Assembly (NCBI GenBank): GCA_013178015.1
Contig: JABLXR010000014.1
Location: forward strand, 13,737 to 77,736
DNA: 64,000 nt
Source of the DNA: Anaerolineae bacterium
Lineage (GTDB): Bacteria; Chloroflexota; Anaerolineae; DRVO01
Direction of reading: 5' to 3'
Positions 59,339 to 64,000 of this stretch are shown here, in pieces. The notes under the pieces are model-generated. The model saw nothing but the letters and a program-made list of their open reading frames with translations, was not told the DNA's origin and searched no databases. The translations under genes and the position numbers were made by a program. The first letter of the stretch is position 1; each line of letters begins with the position of its first letter.

Positions 59339-59425
59339 CTTATCCGTGGTTGGCCGATTCTACCACGATAGCGGACAGTGGCTAGTCGGGGCGGTCACTC
59401 CCGGCCGAGCAGCATCCGGCAATCG

Positions 59426-60547
59426 CTATCCACCTGGGAGCACTGACTCGCCCTGGATCCAGCGCACCACGTCGAGGTAGGAAACGACCAGCATGAGCCC
59501 GATGAGTATGACCATGCCCGCCAGGTGCACTAAGGCTTCCTTCTCCGGCGGCACCCTCTTGCCGCGGCGCACCCACTCCAGGAGCACGAAGGCGATGTGA
59601 CCTCCGTCGAGCGCCGGCAGGGGCAGGACGTTGATGAGGGCGAAGTTGAGGCTGAGGAAGCCAGTGAGGTCGAGGAAGGGCAACCAGCCGCCCCGCGCCA
59701 CTTCGCCCGCCAGTCGGGCTATCCCTACGGGCCCAGAGATGCCACCCTCGGGCGCTGGCACGCTGGTGGTGAACAAGCTGAGGATCAACCGGCCCAGGCC
59801 CTCCATCATGGCCCCGACCAGGAAGAGGGCACGTTGTATGCCCAGCCAGATGGTGCGTATCGGGCCTGTGCGCCGGTACACCACATCCTCCACCTCTTGG
59901 AGGCTGATGGTAACTCCCATAGCACCCTGGCCCTCGGGCGTGTCCTCGGGCCGCCTCGGCACCAGTGTGATGGTGAGCGGGACCTGGTCGCGCAAGACGG
60001 TGATCTCCACCGGCTCTCCCAGATGGGCGGCAGTGGAGTCCTGGACGTCGGTGAAGCTGCGCACGGCAGCGCCCCCAATGTGGGTGAGGACGTCACCTGC
60101 TTGCAGACCGGCCTGGGCGGCGGGGGAGCCGGCCGCCACCTCCTGGATCACCACTGGGCCCACCGGCTCCGGAATGCCGCCGGCAAACACCCCGATGTAG
60201 ATGAGCACGGCCAGGAGCACGTTCATGGTTGGTCCGGCAGCGAACACGATGAAGCGCTGCCAGGGCGCCTTGGCCGCCAGGCTACCCGGGTCCTCGAAGC
60301 CTCGCTCTTCGCCGGCCATGCGCACGAACCCGCCAAAGGGTAGCCAGTTGAGGGTGTACTTGACCCCGTTGCGTTCGAAGAGAACCAGCATGCGAGGAGG
60401 GTAACCGAAGCCGAACTCCTCCACCCGCACCTTCATCCAGAGGGCGGCCAGAAAGTGCCCTAACTCGTGGGCGAACACCAGTATGCTCAAAAGCGGGATC
60501 ACGGCGAGCCACTCGAGCCCGCTCGGCCAGCGCAACAATGCGTCCAT
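59426..60547 (-). CDS. rseP: RIP metalloprotease RseP (M50B) with PDZ domain
   Basis: FAHELGHF, GGFVRM, AGPTMN, PDZ domain, ISGPVGI, NVLPLPALDGGH. Confidence 0.92.
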   Translation of the reverse strand: MDALLRWPSGLEWLAVIPLLSILVFAHELGHFLAALWMKVRVEEFGFGYPPRMLVLFERNGVKYTLNWLPFGGFVRMAGEERGFEDPGSLAAKAPWQRFIVFAAGPTMNVLLAVLIYIGVFAGGIPEPVGPVVIQEVAAGSPAAQAGLQAGDVLTHIGGAAVRSFTDVQDSTAAHLGEPVEITVLRDQVPLTITLVPRRPEDTPEGQGAMGVTISLQEVEDVVYRRTGPIRTIWLGIQRALFLVGAMMEGLGRLILSLFTTSVPAPEGGISGPVGIARLAGEVARGGWLPFLDLTGFLSLNFALINVLPLPALDGGHIAFVLLEWVRRGKRVPPEKEALVHLAGMVILIGLMLVVSYLDVVRWIQGESVLPGG

Positions 60548-61022
60548 CTAGCTCCTTCCCTGCTCCGCCAAAGGGCGTAAGCCTGATGTTAGCCCATCGC
60601 TGTGGCCGCAGCAAAGCGGCGCCGCCACGCGGGCACGCTCCCGGTTCGAAGCAGACGGTGCTGGCGAGGGTCCTTCTGGCTGTCACCGCGAGTGGCGCAG
60701 GTAACGCTCTTCCTGAGACGGGCCACGATTACCGCTCACCGACACGCAGGTGTAGAGGTACGCCACCGCGCCTGCCCACGCCGTGGGCTCGTGCTGGGTC
60801 TGCCACCGGCGCGTGCACTCTAGTTTCTCGAGCCACTCTGAGGGATCTCGCCTCTCCCTCCCTTTTTTACCTTTCGTTTACGCGGGCCGCCCTAACGGGG
60901 GTGGCATCTCTGCCGATACAACAACGGGAGTCGCTCCGCTCCGCGCCTGCCAGTGGTCGGGGGAACGTATTCCCGGCGTCACTTATCACAGCCAGTCACG
61001 AGGTCGCTGGTTGGAGCCACCA

Positions 61023-63476
61023 ATGAGGGCGAATGCCGCCCTCCCCTCCATAGTGCCCCGCGTTATCCTGCGCCTGGGGCTTGTGATCGCCATTCAAATA
61101 GTGGTGGTGGGGCTTTTGGCGTTGGCTGCCCCCCGCACCCTGGCTTCTCTCGGGCACTACGTGGTGGGCACCCCTTCGCGAGCCCTCACCGCGGCGGTGG
61201 AGCACCGCGGGCGGGACCGGGCGGAGATGGCTCGGCTGCTGGCGACCGCCCTAGTGGACGAGGAAGGCTTGCGAGCTGCCTCAGCAGCTTCTCCGGTTGC
61301 GCTGCTGGCTCTGCGCCAGGGGGACGCCACGCCGACAGTCTGGGCCGATTGGCCTTCGGGTTGGCCCGAGGTCGTTCCCTCAGCGGTGAGACAGTGGCTG
61401 GCCGACCGATCTGGCGACTCCGAGCCGCTGTGGTGCACGGTGTACCACTCGGGCAGGCTCTTCATCGTCGGCGCAGCATCGTGGGGGGCGGAGGGCGACT
61501 GGCTGGTGGTCGTGGCCGACGAGACGGAGGACCTCGGGGAGGTGGCGGCCCGGGTGGCGGGGGCCAGAGCGTTCTCGGTCGTGGCCGCCGCCGGCTGGGA
61601 ACCCGAGGGCACGGTATCGTTGGCCGAGATCACTAGCGGGCTGGTGCACGTGGTGCTGCCAGTGCCGGGCAGTGTAGGAGATCCCGGGCTGCTTTCCTTC
61701 GACCTCCCCACGGGCGGCATCGGCGCCCCGCTCCGGGCCGGCGCGATCATCCTCCTGGCCAGCGTGCTTCTGGTGGCCGGGGCACAGACCCTGGCTTTCA
61801 CCAGCACCTACGTCCAGCTCATGCAGCCCTTCCGAGAGGTGTTGCGAGCCCTGGATGCCTACGCTACCACGGGAAGATGGGAACCGCCCCGAGGCGAGTT
61901 CCAGGAACAGCAGATGGCGGTGATGGCCATCAGCCGCGCTGTGGAGGCGAGAGAGCGAGCAGAGAAAGAGGCTCGGGCCAGGCTGGAGGAGCTGCGAGCC
62001 TTTGTGGACGCATTGCCGGCTCCGGCTGGGGTGAAGGACGCCGACCTGCGCTATCGCCTGGTCAATGCAGCGCTGACGCGGCTCATAGGGTGCCGGCCGG
62101 AGGAGCTCATTGGGAAGACAGATGATGAGATCCTCCCGGAAGACCTGGCCCGAGTATGCACCGACCACGACCGCCAGACCATCGAAAGCGGGCAGACTCT
62201 GCAGTTTGAGGAGTTCGCTGAGCTGGAAGGCCAGCGACACGTCTTCCGAATAGTAAAGGCGCCTCTGAGGGACTCGGAGGGGACGGTTTCGGGGCTTGTC
62301 AGCGTTGGGGTTGACATCACCAGAGAGCGGGAGATCCAGGCTCGCTTGGCGGAGGCGCAGAAGGCGCAGATGATGGGGCGCCTGGCCGGGGGAGTAGCCC
62401 ACATCTTCAACAACATCTTGACTGCCATCATCGGGTCCTCAGAGCTGGCTCTGCTGGAGCTGGGGGCAGGACATCCGGCGCGCCCGGACATCGAGGAAGT
62501 CAAGGCGGCGGCCAACCGAGGGGCTCGGGTGAGCCGCCAGCTTCTCTTCCTGGGGCGGGGCCACCCGGGAGGCGAAGGGCCCACCCGAGTACACGAGGTG
62601 CTGGACGATCTCCTACCAGTGCTGAAGGAGATGGCGGGCACTCAGGTAGAGCTCGAGACGGCGGTGGCGCCCGAGCTGCCTCCGGCGCTGGTGGGCGCCG
62701 GAGAGCTCAAGCAGGTGCTGCTGAACCTGGTGCTGAACGCGACAGAGGCCATGCCCGACGGCGGGCGACTCCTGATTGAGGGATGTGTCTGTCAGCCTCC
62801 GGCCGAGGCGGTGCGCATCGAGCCAGCCCTGAGTCAAGGTGCGGTGGTGGTGCTCAGGGTGGCCGATACTGGGACTGGCATTGGCCCTGGGGTCCGGGAA
62901 CACGTGTTCGAGCCCTTCTTCACTACCAAGGGTGCCGCCGGGGGGCGCGGTCTGGGGCTGGCGGTGGTGCAGAGCATCGTCCGCAGCTACCGGGGTGCGG
63001 TGCTCTTCCGATCAGAAGAAGGGCGTGGCACCTGCTTCGAGGTCTATCTCCGGAGCCAGGCCGAGCCCGAGGTGAGGACGGATCGAGGGGCGGCGACCGG
63101 AACCGGAGTGCCTCAAGGTCACGAGGTGATACTGCTGGCGGAAGACGAGCCCAGTGTGCGTCAGCTGACCGAGAAGATGCTGGCTTCCCAGGGCTACACC
63201 CTTTGGACGGCGACTCGGGGAGACGAGGCCCTGGAGCTGGTGGAGTCCAGGGGACAGCCGCCCGATCTGCTCCTGACGGATGTGGTCATGCCGGGGATGA
63301 GTGGCGTGGAACTGGCGCTGGCCCTGCGGGACCGTTACCCGGGAATGCGAGTGCTGCTCATGTCGGGCTACGCTAGTGGCCACGATGGCGAGGACCTGCA
63401 GGGCTTCCCCCTACTGTGGAAACCCTTCACCCTGGACAGTCTCACCCAAAGGGTCCGCAGCCTCCTGGATAGCTGA
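61023..63476 (+). CDS. Hybrid sensor histidine kinase/response regulator with PAS domain
   Basis: N-terminal TM sensor; PAS; H-box LAGGVAHIFNN; N-box LLNLVLNA; DTGTGI; FEPFFTTK; GLGL; receiver LLLTDVVMP. Confidence 0.92.
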   Translation: MRANAALPSIVPRVILRLGLVIAIQIVVVGLLALAAPRTLASLGHYVVGTPSRALTAAVEHRGRDRAEMARLLATALVDEEGLRAASAASPVALLALRQGDATPTVWADWPSGWPEVVPSAVRQWLADRSGDSEPLWCTVYHSGRLFIVGAASWGAEGDWLVVVADETEDLGEVAARVAGARAFSVVAAAGWEPEGTVSLAEITSGLVHVVLPVPGSVGDPGLLSFDLPTGGIGAPLRAGAIILLASVLLVAGAQTLAFTSTYVQLMQPFREVLRALDAYATTGRWEPPRGEFQEQQMAVMAISRAVEARERAEKEARARLEELRAFVDALPAPAGVKDADLRYRLVNAALTRLIGCRPEELIGKTDDEILPEDLARVCTDHDRQTIESGQTLQFEEFAELEGQRHVFRIVKAPLRDSEGTVSGLVSVGVDITREREIQARLAEAQKAQMMGRLAGGVAHIFNNILTAIIGSSELALLELGAGHPARPDIEEVKAAANRGARVSRQLLFLGRGHPGGEGPTRVHEVLDDLLPVLKEMAGTQVELETAVAPELPPALVGAGELKQVLLNLVLNATEAMPDGGRLLIEGCVCQPPAEAVRIEPALSQGAVVVLRVADTGTGIGPGVREHVFEPFFTTKGAAGGRGLGLAVVQSIVRSYRGAVLFRSEEGRGTCFEVYLRSQAEPEVRTDRGAATGTGVPQGHEVILLAEDEPSVRQLTEKMLASQGYTLWTATRGDEALELVESRGQPPDLLLTDVVMPGMSGVELALALRDRYPGMRVLLMSGYASGHDGEDLQGFPLLWKPFTLDSLTQRVRSLLDS

Positions 63477-63481
63477 CTGGC

Positions 63482-64000
63482 TCAGTCCTCCTCCGGTAGG
63501 ACCGCCACCTCCGCGTCCTCGACCAGTTCCGCGAAGCGATGGGCGTCGTCCAGCTCCCCGACGACGCGCCCGTAGTGCATGGGTACCACGATGCGCGGCT
63601 TGAGTCGGTGAACGGCGGCCGCCGCCTCCTGGACGTTCATGGTGTAGGTGCCGCCTATGGGCAGCAAGGCGACGTCCACCGCCAGGCCGGCCATCTCGGG
63701 GATGAGATCAGTGTCACCGGCGTGGTAGACTCGCACTCCGTCGAGGGTGACTATGTACCCCACGCTATCGGGGGATTCCGGATGGAAGCTCTTGCCTACA
63801 TTGTAGGCGGCCACCACCTGGACCTCCAGGCCCAGAACGGTGAGACGGTCTCCCACCTTCACGGCCCGCACGCGCTCGGGATCGCGGCCGAGCTTGTCCA
63901 GGCAGGGCCGAGGGGCCACCACGATGGTATCCGGTTTGGCGACGCGCTCCACGTCCTCGGCGGAGCAGTGGTCGTGGTGGGCATGGGTGATCAGAATCAG
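63482..64000 (-). CDS. Metallo-beta-lactamase fold hydrolase (partial, starts beyond the right edge)
   Basis: ILITHAHHDHCS read from the window end, VYHAGDT, LLPIGG.YTM, VVPMHYG. Confidence 0.88.
   Translation of the reverse strand: MILITHAHHDHCSAEDVERVAKPDTIVVAPRPCLDKLGRDPERVRAVKVGDRLTVLGLEVQVVAAYNVGKSFHPESPDSVGYIVTLDGVRVYHAGDTDLIPEMAGLAVDVALLPIGGTYTMNVQEAAAAVHRLKPRIVVPMHYGRVVGELDDAHRFAELVEDAEVAVLPEED

Noticed and set aside
60840-60910. c-di-GMP-I (GEMM) riboswitch on the minus strand (GUAAAC-GAAA-GG)
   Set aside because: No GACGCAAAG junction and no P2 arm.

Overview
High-GC bacterial chromosomal segment, most likely Chloroflexota (Anaerolineae-like). This is inferred from a lipoprotein carrying the 'YYPETGHSL...FGPPISE' repeat that I associate with that phylum. 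The window is mostly housekeeping and metabolic genes: carbohydrate-active enzymes, a Zn/Cd-type P1B ATPase, metX-metW, RNase J, a complete mrpABCDEFG Na+/H+ antiporter operon, def, coaE, an ABC-F ATPase, rseP and a hybrid histidine kinase. An accessory block at about 44-51 kb starts at a tyrosine recombinase whose catalytic Tyr is replaced by Cys and includes a Crp/Fnr regulator with two apparent target promoters. The most striking unexplained element is a ~360-nt, ORF-free, GNRA-tetraloop-rich structured RNA candidate (41097-41460, + strand). It sits behind a near-consensus sigma70 promoter, is closed by a perfect 10-bp terminal helix, and lacks the signature motifs of RNase P, tmRNA and SRP RNA. 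Intergenic regions also hold several small-repeat families: a ~311-bp MITE-like element (2 copies), GTAG-type REP/REPIN elements, and heptamer- and nonamer-built inverted repeats. No tRNA, rRNA or CRISPR array was found. All family assignments come from motif recognition by eye; no database searches were run.
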